The notes under the pieces: model-generated
What the model saw: the letters and a program-made list of their open reading frames with translations, nothing else
Told to the model about the DNA's origin: nothing
Databases searched by the model: none
In this document: positions 17,897 through 26,864 of the stretch, piece by piece
Position numbering within the stretch: position 1 is the first letter of the stretch
Layout: each line of letters starts with the position of its first letter
Program-made: the position numbers and the translations under genes
Source: Candidatus Heimdallarchaeota archaeon
GTDB lineage: Archaea; Asgardarchaeota; Heimdallarchaeia; Heimdallarchaeales; Heimdallarchaeaceae
Length of the DNA: 29,749 nt
Assembly (NCBI GenBank): GCA_021399395.1
Contig: JAAFKJ010000178.1
Coordinates: forward strand, 1-29,749
Direction of reading: 5' to 3'

Positions 17897-18268
17897 ATGC
17901 ACGAATATAGTCTTGCTTCAGCAATCATAAATCAAGTTAAACAGGTAGCTAGAGAACACAATGCTACAAAAGTCAATAAAATAACTGTTTCAGCTGATCC
18001 TTATGAAATGGTCATTCCTGAACTTTTACAGGATGCATTTAATATAATAACAAGCGAACTTGAACTCTTCGAAGGTACACAACTTGAATTACTTCGTCTC
18101 CCTGCTGAAATTATATGTTTAGATTGTGATTACAAAGGGAAACCATCTGAAGAAGGCGACAAGGAATTTGCTTACAATTTTAAATGCCCAAAATGTGATT
18201 CTAGAGACACCCACCTAAATATTAGACATCTAACAATTGAAACGGTTGATCTTGAAATACCAGAGTAA
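17897..18268 (+). CDS. hypA: Hydrogenase maturation nickel metallochaperone HypA
   Basis: N-terminal MHE Ni site, CLDC and CPKC Zn site; adjacent to hypB. Confidence 0.93.
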   Translation: MHEYSLASAIINQVKQVAREHNATKVNKITVSADPYEMVIPELLQDAFNIITSELELFEGTQLELLRLPAEIICLDCDYKGKPSEEGDKEFAYNFKCPKCDSRDTHLNIRHLTIETVDLEIPE

Positions 18269-18331
18269 TTTTCTCAATTTTTTTATCATCTCTCGGAAAA
18301 ATATAAAAACGAGCATTATCTAAATAGGTGT

Positions 18332-18520
18332 ATGAAGAAAGCTCTCAAAATCATAGGTGGAATTATTTCTGGTATAATTATAGTACCAATTGCACTAAGT
18401 TTGGCTATAACTATAGGTCTTGTTGTTGTTTTAATTGTACTGCTTGTGAAACTCTTCAGGTTGTTGACATTCGCGGAGTTAAGAAAAAACAGAAAGAAGA
18501 AGAAAGAAAAAGAAAGTTAA
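18332..18520 (+). CDS. Small membrane protein (62 aa) with a long hydrophobic segment and basic tail
   Basis: AGGTG directly upstream of the ATG; ~35-aa hydrophobic stretch; K-rich C-terminus; stop overlaps the convergent gene's stop. Confidence 0.6.
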   Translation: MKKALKIIGGIISGIIIVPIALSLAITIGLVVVLIVLLVKLFRLLTFAELRKNRKKKKEKES

Positions 18521-19302
18521 TTCAATTCATAAAATGTTAGATTCACACTTGATTCTGTCTGATATGAATCGTTTTTCTCTATTTTATTTTCAATGATGAA
18601 ATTATCTATTTCTGTTAATGATTTATCAAAAATTCTATTTTCCACCTCCCACAAACTTCTGAATGAGCGGCTTCTAATCCCTTCATAAACTTGCGAGTTC
18701 TTGATAGAACTATTAACTCTTTTGTTTTTCTTTGTAATGATAAAATCAAACCTCTGCATATATTCATTAAAATTAATTGTCTTTGGTTCGTCTTCTCTTA
18801 TATCATGCCAACCATTTTCTTGCAGAATCTCGAAAAATTTGATATATATAGGGTGTTTATGAGTTTCTGTGTAAGCATTACCTTCTATTAGTACATCACA
18901 GAAGTTTCTCAGTTCATTGAAGAGATTTTCATACTTTGCTACTAAATGAATAACTTGAATGAGTAGAATTACTTTAAATTGTTTGACAAACGGTAAAGTC
19001 AACCCATCAGCTTGAGTTGTATAGCAAGGAGGATCCAATCTTTTAAGACTCAATTTCTTAAGCATGTCATGCGCTATATCAATTCCGAATAATTGATATT
19101 CCTTAGAAGATAAGAGTGATTCTATTCTTCCTGTACCTAAACCGATCGATAACAGATTAAATGGAGGAGAAGAAAAACGAGCTCTTATGTAATCTCGTAT
19201 TTCATTTTTGAAAAAAGCGTATAATTCCAGAGGAATGATTCTTGTTTCATCATAAACCTCTGCTAACCTATCGTAATTCCAGTATCTCATGGTTATTTCC
19301 AC
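18517..19302 (-). CDS. Class I SAM-dependent methyltransferase
   Basis: YDRLAEVYDETR, motif I LLSIGLGTGR, FGIDIA, ADGLTLPF and VIHLV. The start may be 19290. Confidence 0.85.
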   Translation of the reverse strand: MEITMRYWNYDRLAEVYDETRIIPLELYAFFKNEIRDYIRARFSSPPFNLLSIGLGTGRIESLLSSKEYQLFGIDIAHDMLKKLSLKRLDPPCYTTQADGLTLPFVKQFKVILLIQVIHLVAKYENLFNELRNFCDVLIEGNAYTETHKHPIYIKFFEILQENGWHDIREDEPKTINFNEYMQRFDFIITKKNKRVNSSIKNSQVYEGIRSRSFRSLWEVENRIFDKSLTEIDNFIIENKIEKNDSYQTESSVNLTFYELN

Positions 19303-20378
19303 AAATATCTATCAAATTCAACTAGTCTTTTTGATTTTTCTTTAACCAACACATCATCTTCTATACGAACACCAAATTTATCCGGGAGATATATTCCTGG
19401 TTCATCGGTATGTACATTTCCAGCAACTAGAGGTTCTTTGTTTCCTTTAACGATGTAGGGTTCTTCATGCACTTGAAGCCCTAACCCATGACCTAAACGG
19501 TGAGTAAAGTATTGTCCGTATCCAGCATTTTCAATTATTACTCTAGCTGCAAAATCTACTTCTTCAGCCGGAACACCTGCTTTGGATTTCTCAAGTGCAG
19601 CATTATTAGCTTCTTCAACAATTGAATAGACCTTCTTGAATTCATCCGAAGCAGTTCCATGTACACTTGTCACTGTTATATCTGCAAAATAGTGCTCACA
19701 GCTAGTACCTGCATCGATGAGAATAACACTATCTTTCTTCAATTTCTTATTGGAAGGTTTTCCATGTGGAACAGCACTATTATCATCTATTTGCACTAAT
19801 GCCCAACTCATTTCTCCAGAGAGAAGTGTCATCTGTTTCTGTGCAAGTTTTAGTATTTCCAATTCAGTTTGTCCTTCATGAATCAGTTCCAGTGTCTTCA
19901 AAATACCTTCAGCAGTATGTTCAGCTGCTTGAACCATTCTTTCCATTTCAGCATCATTTTTTATCATTCTTAGTTCATTGAGGATTGAATTGCCGTTAAC
20001 AAACTCACTTGTTGGAAATTGCTTTTTTATTCTTGAAAAGACTTCAAAGGGAGTAGAAGGTTCTAAAGCTATTCTTCTTGGCTCATACGAAATTTCTTGC
20101 TTAAGGATCGTATATGGGTCCTCATCTTCTTTCCAAGTAATTACATCATCAAATGTTGTTTGTATTTGCATATTTTCTTTTTCGAAAGATGGTGCTATGA
20201 GCAAGGAATCATCTTTTTTGTCAATTACACCGCAAATTAATCTTTCACTCAATTGCATATAACCTTCGAACAGGTAGAAGAAATTAATAGAAGGAGGTAT
20301 CATCAGCAAATCAATATCTTGAGTGCTAAGTTTTTCTTGTACCAACGTTTGTCTTCTTAGAAAATCTATAGGTTTCAC
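19293..20378 (-). CDS. Xaa-Pro dipeptidase/aminopeptidase (M24B, creatinase N-domain)
   Basis: Metal-binding motifs RMIKN, VPHG, IDAG...YFADIT, HRLGHGLGLQVHE, DEPGIY and GVRIEDD; GTG start. Confidence 0.93.
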   Translation of the reverse strand: MKPIDFLRRQTLVQEKLSTQDIDLLMIPPSINFFYLFEGYMQLSERLICGVIDKKDDSLLIAPSFEKENMQIQTTFDDVITWKEDEDPYTILKQEISYEPRRIALEPSTPFEVFSRIKKQFPTSEFVNGNSILNELRMIKNDAEMERMVQAAEHTAEGILKTLELIHEGQTELEILKLAQKQMTLLSGEMSWALVQIDDNSAVPHGKPSNKKLKKDSVILIDAGTSCEHYFADITVTSVHGTASDEFKKVYSIVEEANNAALEKSKAGVPAEEVDFAARVIIENAGYGQYFTHRLGHGLGLQVHEEPYIVKGNKEPLVAGNVHTDEPGIYLPDKFGVRIEDDVLVKEKSKRLVEFDRYLWK

Positions 20379-20465
20379 AACATCTATTTCGAAAGGGATT
20401 ATTTAGATTTTTTGCAGAAAATGTATATACAAAACATTTATTGAAGACGAGAACAATTTATTTAC

Positions 20466-22760
20466 ATGCATCTTTCTTTGTTAGATACGCGTCCTTTCAA
20501 TAAATTTGTTGAAATGGAATTAGAAAGGGACACTCTTTATCGTTCCTTTACCACCCTTGATGAACAAAAAGAAATCTCAGAAGCTTGGGTATCTTTTGCT
20601 GAATCATGTTCAAGAAACCTCTCAGCAATCAATAATCTTGCCGATATGGCTATTGAAAGAGTGTATGACGTATTGTTTGACATTGGTGACGGAAAAGAGA
20701 ATCCTCTTCCACTTCATGAATTGCTCTATGGGGATTTTCGAAATCAAATTATGGCTCTGAATCAGTTTGAGTTACAATTAAGTATTCTCACATATGTCTA
20801 TTCTCAAGTAAGAAATAGAGGTGTTTTCAATCATTCTCCCTCCACTAGCCAGTACATATACTATATAACAGCAAAAGAATCGATTGATAGAATCCTATAT
20901 CGAATACTTAACGATCAATTGCCCCCGATAGAAGTACAGGGACTAACACCAACACCCACAAAGACCGACCTTCTACGAGTACTCATGCCTTTAGTGCAAT
21001 TGGAAAATCAAAAACGGCTGCTTCCAGTTTATGACAGTCTTCCAGAGAGTGAAGATGATCCTGCTGTATTGCTTGTAAAAAGTGAATACGATTATCTTCA
21101 AGGTGTTACTTTAGTCTCCCATATTATTGATATTTCCCGCAAAGCTTCCCAAGATTTCTGGTGGGGAGATCCTATCTCTGAATTATCGATTCTCAATCAT
21201 GCTAGAGAGCATTTTGAGACCACAATAAAGTATCTGAACAAAGCTCCAGAAACCCAAGGAAACAGAGTTTTTGCAATACAAAATGAATTTTTACCTATTG
21301 TTGATGCCCATTCTTCCATATCACTTGTTCAGCATTTTAAATACCTTGCAAAGAATGCTCTTGAAATAGGTGATTTGGACCACGCATCTAAATATTATAA
21401 TGAAGCTCTAAAAGAATATGACAACGCATGTAAATTGCTTACTTCAACTGAGAATCCTGAAAGCCAGGAGATACATAAAAAGCTACAAAAAGATGAATCT
21501 GAACTAAAAATCCTAGAATCGCTTACAAAACTGGGACTAAAATATTCTAGCATTGTTGATAGTCTCTTTAAGCAAGATATTGAAAAAGCTATAAAAGAAT
21601 GTGTTGGATTAGAAAAATTACTTAGCAAGATTGAATCAGCAGGATCTTTACCCTTCATATATGGTGTGAGTGTAGCATATTCTTCTGCAGCAACTATAAC
21701 AACTGAATTATTAGAACAAGACCTCTCTCACCTCAATATTATTGATAGGTTGATTTCACAATTCAATTTTCCTTTGAAATCGATGGGTTCTGCATTATCC
21801 GACATTCAATTAGATTTACTCTACATAAATGATGAAGACCCACAAGCTAGCTATGATCAGCTGGAAGAACAAGATAAAAAACTCTCTTTCTTAGAAAAAG
21901 CAATTGAATTACTGCCATCATTCCTTCCTGAAAGAGACGATCAACGGAAGAAAATCCATGCAATTCGAAATTACGTTAAATCATTAATTGCTGAAAACAA
22001 AGTCTATCTTTATGCAGATAACAATATTGTTCTAGATTTGATTTTACGAGCAAGAGCTCACTATTATGCAAAGAAAGCTGACCAAAGTTTGACAGGTATT
22101 AAAAAGAAAGAGAAATCACTGAATAGTCTAATTAGTGAGCGTATGGTTGAAACCAAAACTGTTGGAATGGTCACAGAATCTAGTTTAGTATCGTTAGGAC
22201 TTCAAAGCACCTACAAAAAAGTTATTCGTAGATTTATAGAAGAGTTAATTGAATTGACTGCCGAAACTGAAGCTCTTCCAGGTTATCTTGGAGAAACATT
22301 CGAAAAACAATTTAATGAGATGCCTGAATTTACAGAATTGATTGACCTAATCCTTCTTGACACCAAAGAATTAATTGCAATTAACAAAGATGTTTCGATT
22401 AAAGGCAATCTAATTAATTGGGATTTTGTGAAACGAAGGAATATCTTTGGACCTTTGATAAAGAAGACTTTTGAGGCTATTAGAAACGTTTTGTTAGGAG
22501 AGGTATACCATCTTGCTAAGAAACCAACTATTGCTACAGGTTGGTATACTTCAGCAAGTAAACTATTCTATGAGATAAGTGAAACTTTAGGAAAAATAGT
22601 GGAATATCTAGAGGATCAAAAAGATTTACCTCAGATGATTTATAAATTTTCGTTGTTCTGTAGAGAGAATGCAAATGCTATTCGAAACAGAAGAAAAAAA
22701 CAACCTGTTCCTTATCAAGAATTAGTTTCAACATTGGATTATTTCGTTCTGAATCTTTAA
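20466..22760 (+). CDS. Large all-alpha (TPR/solenoid-like) hypothetical protein
   Basis: 764 aa, helical L/E/K/I-rich, with TPR-like segments (LAKNALEIGDLDHASKYYNEALKEY; LGEVYHLAKKPTIATGWYTSASKLF). No TM segment or catalytic motif seen. Confidence 0.7.
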   Translation: MHLSLLDTRPFNKFVEMELERDTLYRSFTTLDEQKEISEAWVSFAESCSRNLSAINNLADMAIERVYDVLFDIGDGKENPLPLHELLYGDFRNQIMALNQFELQLSILTYVYSQVRNRGVFNHSPSTSQYIYYITAKESIDRILYRILNDQLPPIEVQGLTPTPTKTDLLRVLMPLVQLENQKRLLPVYDSLPESEDDPAVLLVKSEYDYLQGVTLVSHIIDISRKASQDFWWGDPISELSILNHAREHFETTIKYLNKAPETQGNRVFAIQNEFLPIVDAHSSISLVQHFKYLAKNALEIGDLDHASKYYNEALKEYDNACKLLTSTENPESQEIHKKLQKDESELKILESLTKLGLKYSSIVDSLFKQDIEKAIKECVGLEKLLSKIESAGSLPFIYGVSVAYSSAATITTELLEQDLSHLNIIDRLISQFNFPLKSMGSALSDIQLDLLYINDEDPQASYDQLEEQDKKLSFLEKAIELLPSFLPERDDQRKKIHAIRNYVKSLIAENKVYLYADNNIVLDLILRARAHYYAKKADQSLTGIKKKEKSLNSLISERMVETKTVGMVTESSLVSLGLQSTYKKVIRRFIEELIELTAETEALPGYLGETFEKQFNEMPEFTELIDLILLDTKELIAINKDVSIKGNLINWDFVKRRNIFGPLIKKTFEAIRNVLLGEVYHLAKKPTIATGWYTSASKLFYEISETLGKIVEYLEDQKDLPQMIYKFSLFCRENANAIRNRRKKQPVPYQELVSTLDYFVLNL

Positions 22761-22815
22761 TCCATCCATCACCTTTTTTTGAATTCCTAAAACTTAAAAT
22801 TTAAAACGACAGTTG

Positions 22816-23745
22816 ATGATGTTTTTTGAGAACCTAATGGAAGATTTACTAATACTTGAGAAGAAAGGCATCCCAATAACGATTATTGGCTTACCTTATG
22901 TAGGGAAAACCACACTTGTCAACTGGCTTAAAAATGAGAAATTTACTAGACCAAAACCCTCAGTAGGAGTAAACTTCGAACAGATTAAGGTAGGAGATTT
23001 AATGTTAAATATTTTTGATATTTCAGGTCAGAAATCTTACAGATCCACCATTTGGAAGTCTTATGTTATGACTTCAGTTGGTATTATATTTACTATTGAT
23101 TCAACTGACAAAGAACAGATAGATGAAGTGGCAAAATGGTACTGGATTATGATTGATGAATGGTTAAAAGGGAATTACTCAGATAAGGTTATACTCTTTT
23201 TAGCTAATAAAGCAGACCTTAAAGATTCATTAAATCTAGAATATATAATTGATAAACTCAATTTGACAAAAATGTCAAATTATCCAGATTTATCATTTCA
23301 GATTTTTAAAACATCAATCAGAGAAAATCAAAATATAGAATATGCAATGAAATGGTTTGTTAAGAAAGTTAACCAACTCATCGAAATTCAGAGAATAACT
23401 CCTGAAGCAATTCTTATCTCAGACACTTCTGGTAATATTATCAGTTTATATGATCCCAATAAAATCATTGAGGATCCAGATATGTTTGTTGGGTATTTGA
23501 AAGCTTTAAGCGGGTTTACTAATGAACTGTTAGGTCATGAAAAGTTTAAAGTAATCAAGGTGAATCCATTCTTCTATTTCATAACTGAAGAGGAGGATTA
23601 TTGCATTTCAATTGCTGTCAAGGATGAATTAACACTTCCCGAAGCAAGAAGACTTTCTTTTCTAATTCAAAACTATCTGAGTAAAAACAAGAAGAATTTA
23701 GACCATGAAGAACTCAATGTGTATATCCACTCGCTTTTTTCTTAG
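22816..23745 (+). CDS. Arf/Sar1-like small GTPase fused to a C-terminal longin/roadblock-like domain
   Basis: G1 GLPYVGKT, G2 KPSVG, G3 FDISGQ followed by YRSTIWKSY (Arf-like R..W..Y), G4 ANKAD, G5 TSI. The C-terminal region from 23401 has a longin-like beta-beta-alpha-beta-beta-beta-alpha pattern (AILISDTSG...YLKALSGFTNEL...). Start TTG 22813 or ATG 22816/22819. Confidence 0.85.
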   Translation: MMFFENLMEDLLILEKKGIPITIIGLPYVGKTTLVNWLKNEKFTRPKPSVGVNFEQIKVGDLMLNIFDISGQKSYRSTIWKSYVMTSVGIIFTIDSTDKEQIDEVAKWYWIMIDEWLKGNYSDKVILFLANKADLKDSLNLEYIIDKLNLTKMSNYPDLSFQIFKTSIRENQNIEYAMKWFVKKVNQLIEIQRITPEAILISDTSGNIISLYDPNKIIEDPDMFVGYLKALSGFTNELLGHEKFKVIKVNPFFYFITEEEDYCISIAVKDELTLPEARRLSFLIQNYLSKNKKNLDHEELNVYIHSLFS

Positions 23746-23840
23746 AAAGAGAAAACATTTTATAGATATACATAGGGGTAATTCCGCAAAGAATATAAAG
23801 TCCTTATAATTATCTTCTTTGTATTATACGGTGAAAAGGT

Positions 23841-24449
23841 ATGGATTGTAAATTTTGCAAACTGGAAGAAATAGATCTCTTAGATGATAAATCAACTTTT
23901 AGATGCTCTTATTGCGGATATTCTTTTAGTGTTTCCAGAGCTGCGATAATGTATGATAAAATGATGCAAATGCCATTAAATTCTTGGTTATTAGCATCTA
24001 TACTTTGGTTTGCAGCTATGCTAACAGGAATTCTTCTAGGGCTTGGATTTAACAGTGGATCTTTGAATACTACAATTATATTCTTGTTCATGTATGGAGT
24101 TCTTACACTTATCTACGGTTTTTCAACATCTCTTGATTTCATAAAAGCTATTGGGTTATGGATAAAATCATCTTTCTATACAAAAAATAAATTTTTCAGG
24201 GTTAAAGCAGCAAACTTCGAGGAAATCAAGAAAGAAGTTCAGGTCCTTAGAAAGAAGAAGATTATTAGTGAGATGGCAACAGGTCAATCTATTGATGATT
24301 CAACTGGAACCTTTATTGATACTGATATCCGTCCAGGTGAGAAAAGAATACCTAAACTAGCACCTTCATTCTTAGCAGGATTCTATACAGTAGTTCTTGC
24401 AGGGTTATTTGCACTAATATTCAACCAAATATTCCCTCCATTATACTAA
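23841..24449 (+). CDS. Zn-ribbon (CKFC/CSYC) membrane protein with 3 TMs
   Basis: N-terminal CxxC-x16-CxxC, two central TMs and one C-terminal TM; GGTGA upstream. Confidence 0.75.
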   Translation: MDCKFCKLEEIDLLDDKSTFRCSYCGYSFSVSRAAIMYDKMMQMPLNSWLLASILWFAAMLTGILLGLGFNSGSLNTTIIFLFMYGVLTLIYGFSTSLDFIKAIGLWIKSSFYTKNKFFRVKAANFEEIKKEVQVLRKKKIISEMATGQSIDDSTGTFIDTDIRPGEKRIPKLAPSFLAGFYTVVLAGLFALIFNQIFPPLY

Positions 24450-25312
24450 TTATTTTCATTTCTAATTAAAGAGTGTAAATATCGTATATTTTCACTGTCT
24501 CCTCTTATTTCATTAATAGGTGTTTCAAGAATCCATGGTTTCTTTTTAAAATTCGGATTGTTAATTAATGCTTTGAATCCTTTTTCCCCGATTTCTCCAA
24601 GTCCTAAGTGTTGGTGTCTATCTCTGTTAGAATTAAGTTCTCCAATTGAATCGTTAGCATGAATCAGAGAGATATTATCAAACCCAAAATGAGTTTGAAT
24701 ATCGTCAACCGTAGCATCTACTGCTTTTTCATCTCGCAGGTCATATCCAGATCCAAAAGCATGACAGGTATCAAAACAAACCTGAACTGCAGTTTTATCA
24801 TTTATCTCATCTAGGATTAAACTGATATTTTTATGAGAACTTGTCAAAGAATTAGCTCCACCTGAGGAATTTTCAATAAGAATGACAACCTTTCCTCTAG
24901 TAGAATTGATTCCTTCTAGAATAGATTCCACATATCTACTCATTCCCTTTTCAAATGAACTACTTTTATAAGATCCCCCATGAACAACAAAATACTGTAC
25001 ACCTAAAATCTTACATCTTTCGATTTCATTTAGAAATGATTCTAGTGATTTACTATATATTTCTGGATCTGTTGAAGCAAGGTTTGGTAAATAAGAAATA
25101 TGCCCAAAAATAGGAGAAAGATTATGTTTCTTTGATTTAGCTTTGAACTTTTGAATTTCCTCCTCTTGCATTTGTTTAGCAGCCCAACCTCTTGGATTTT
25201 TAGTGAATATCTGAAAAGTATTTCCATTAACTTCAAGCGCCCTATCTATAGCTAAATCAACTGACTTTGCAATAGAAACATGACACCCGATTTTAATATC
25301 ATTGTGCTTCAT
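24446..25312 (-). CDS. nfo: Endonuclease IV (AP endonuclease family 2)
   Basis: IGCHVS, QIFTKNPRGW, HISYLPNLA, VVHG, IENS, CFDTCHAF.SGYD, HANDS, DRHQHLG.G.IG and ILETP. Start ATG 25312 or GTG 25321. Confidence 0.95.
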   Translation of the reverse strand: MKHNDIKIGCHVSIAKSVDLAIDRALEVNGNTFQIFTKNPRGWAAKQMQEEEIQKFKAKSKKHNLSPIFGHISYLPNLASTDPEIYSKSLESFLNEIERCKILGVQYFVVHGGSYKSSSFEKGMSRYVESILEGINSTRGKVVILIENSSGGANSLTSSHKNISLILDEINDKTAVQVCFDTCHAFGSGYDLRDEKAVDATVDDIQTHFGFDNISLIHANDSIGELNSNRDRHQHLGLGEIGEKGFKALINNPNFKKKPWILETPINEIRGDSENIRYLHSLIRNENN

Positions 25313-25324
25313 TTTTTTCACACA

Positions 25325-26305
25325 TTAGAATCTATAAGTATAGGATAATTCCATGTACTTCGAAGCAAGATCTACAAATTCTGTTTTCTTTTGCTCAGAT
25401 TGCTCTTGTATGGACTGAGAGAAATAAACTTTGGCTCTTACATAAGCCCTATACGACTTATAGAAGTGAATTATAGGTGAATCTGGAGTTAGATTTTCTT
25501 CAGTTTGCTTAAGGTATGAAGATAAAAACAGATTAGATTTTTGTGCCATTTCATGGAAATCTAAATCCATAGCTAGAAACGTTATTTCCTCCAGGATATC
25601 TTGAATTCTCAGCATTTCATTAAATTCTATACAATCAAAAATAATAACACCTTTATCAGATTTGAAAATATTTGCTAAAATCAAATCCCCGTGACCATCA
25701 ACAATTTTTCCTTCTTCACCCCTTTTCTCAAAATAATCCTTGTGATTTTTTAGATATGCATAAACTCGTTTCTCTAAATCTTCATTAAAAGGAAACTTAG
25801 GGTAAGATTTAGTTGTTCGGAAATTCTCATCCCATTTTTCAAAGATATTATCAAATACCGAAAATTTGGGAGAAATAATATTTTTCTGGTGAAAATCAAA
25901 TATTGTTTTTGCTAGGTCAACTAACAGCTCATTAGAGATATCTTTACCTTTGTTTACTTGTTCTAACAGCAGGTCACTTTGATCTAATTGTTTCATCTTG
26001 ACCAAACACTCTATTGGTGACCCTTCACCTGATATTTTGAAATCAGATGTCAGTGAAACACTCTCAAGATATATTGATGATGCCAATCGTCGATTGAATA
26101 CAATCTCATTCTCACATGCTGTACATCTCTTTTCTAGTGTTGAGAAGTCTAAAATTTCACCGAATTTGATTTCCTTCTTCATTTTGTACGCAAAAGAACC
26201 TGTAAGAAAAACCCAGCTTATATTAGTCTCAATTACTTGAATATTCAAGTCAGTATTATGAGGATAAATTGAGGGTTTACTTAATAATTCAACTTTTTCT
26301 TTCAT
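25325..26305 (-). CDS. Aminoglycoside-phosphotransferase-like kinase (N-terminal half of the Rv2004c-type bifunctional APH/ATP-binding family)
   Basis: IETNISWVFLT, AYKMKK, LDFSTLEKR, HGDL..NI, FDCIEF, FLAMDL and FYKSYRAYVRAKV. Start ATG 26305 (upstream ATGs to 26317). Confidence 0.85.
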   Translation of the reverse strand: MKEKVELLSKPSIYPHNTDLNIQVIETNISWVFLTGSFAYKMKKEIKFGEILDFSTLEKRCTACENEIVFNRRLASSIYLESVSLTSDFKISGEGSPIECLVKMKQLDQSDLLLEQVNKGKDISNELLVDLAKTIFDFHQKNIISPKFSVFDNIFEKWDENFRTTKSYPKFPFNEDLEKRVYAYLKNHKDYFEKRGEEGKIVDGHGDLILANIFKSDKGVIIFDCIEFNEMLRIQDILEEITFLAMDLDFHEMAQKSNLFLSSYLKQTEENLTPDSPIIHFYKSYRAYVRAKVYFSQSIQEQSEQKKTEFVDLASKYMELSYTYRF

Positions 26306-26864
26306 AGATAGCATCATTAATCATTTTTAGAATTGTTTCATGGTCTGTGCCCATATCGACGTCTAGATGACGTAACTTGGTTGGTTCAAATAATTGTTTG
26401 AATTTCTCATAAACTTTTGAATCTGCATCACTTAAAGTTCTTCTTTCTCTTTTTTCTCTCTCTTCGAATCTCTTTCTGATGGTTTCTTCGGGGCACGTAA
26501 CTATAACGAGTAAGAATTTTGCATTGAAACGATCACAAATTCTACTAACCTTAGCCCTCATTCGATCTTGATAAAAAGTCCCGTCTAACACACAGCCTAC
26601 ACCGTGTTTTAGTAAGGTATAGAGAACATAGTAGATGGTGTCATATACAACCATCCTTTGTCTATTAGAGTAAGAACCACGCCCGAAGTGGTCTCTTCTT
26701 ACATCTCTGAAAATTCTCTTTCTAATTGAATCAGTACTAATATGCTCTAACCTATATCGGCGGGATAGTTTTCTTGCTAGTGTTGACTTTCCTGTTCCTG
26801 GTAATCCTGCTAATAATATTACTATGGGAGGTCTTTTCTTATATCGGTTAGAGATGTGTGTCAC
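26289..26864 (-). CDS. P-loop kinase, AAA_33/gluconate-kinase/PNK-like (C-terminal half of the Rv2004c-type family)
   Basis: GLPGTGKSTLA, STDSIRK, VLDGTF, lid RKRFEER and SDAD; GTG start overlaps the upstream TGA. Confidence 0.85.
   Translation of the reverse strand: MTHISNRYKKRPPIVILLAGLPGTGKSTLARKLSRRYRLEHISTDSIRKRIFRDVRRDHFGRGSYSNRQRMVVYDTIYYVLYTLLKHGVGCVLDGTFYQDRMRAKVSRICDRFNAKFLLVIVTCPEETIRKRFEEREKRERRTLSDADSKVYEKFKQLFEPTKLRHLDVDMGTDHETILKMINDAIYERKS

Noticed and set aside
18328-18540. Alternative Cys-rich 70-aa ORF
   Set aside because: The overlapping 62-aa frame has an ATG with an upstream GGTG and a coherent TM plus basic tail; the Cys richness is a by-product of repeated GTT codons.
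25325-26305. Aminoglycoside phosphotransferase resistance gene
   Set aside because: The motifs fit the widespread Rv2004c-like family; the fold alone does not indicate resistance.
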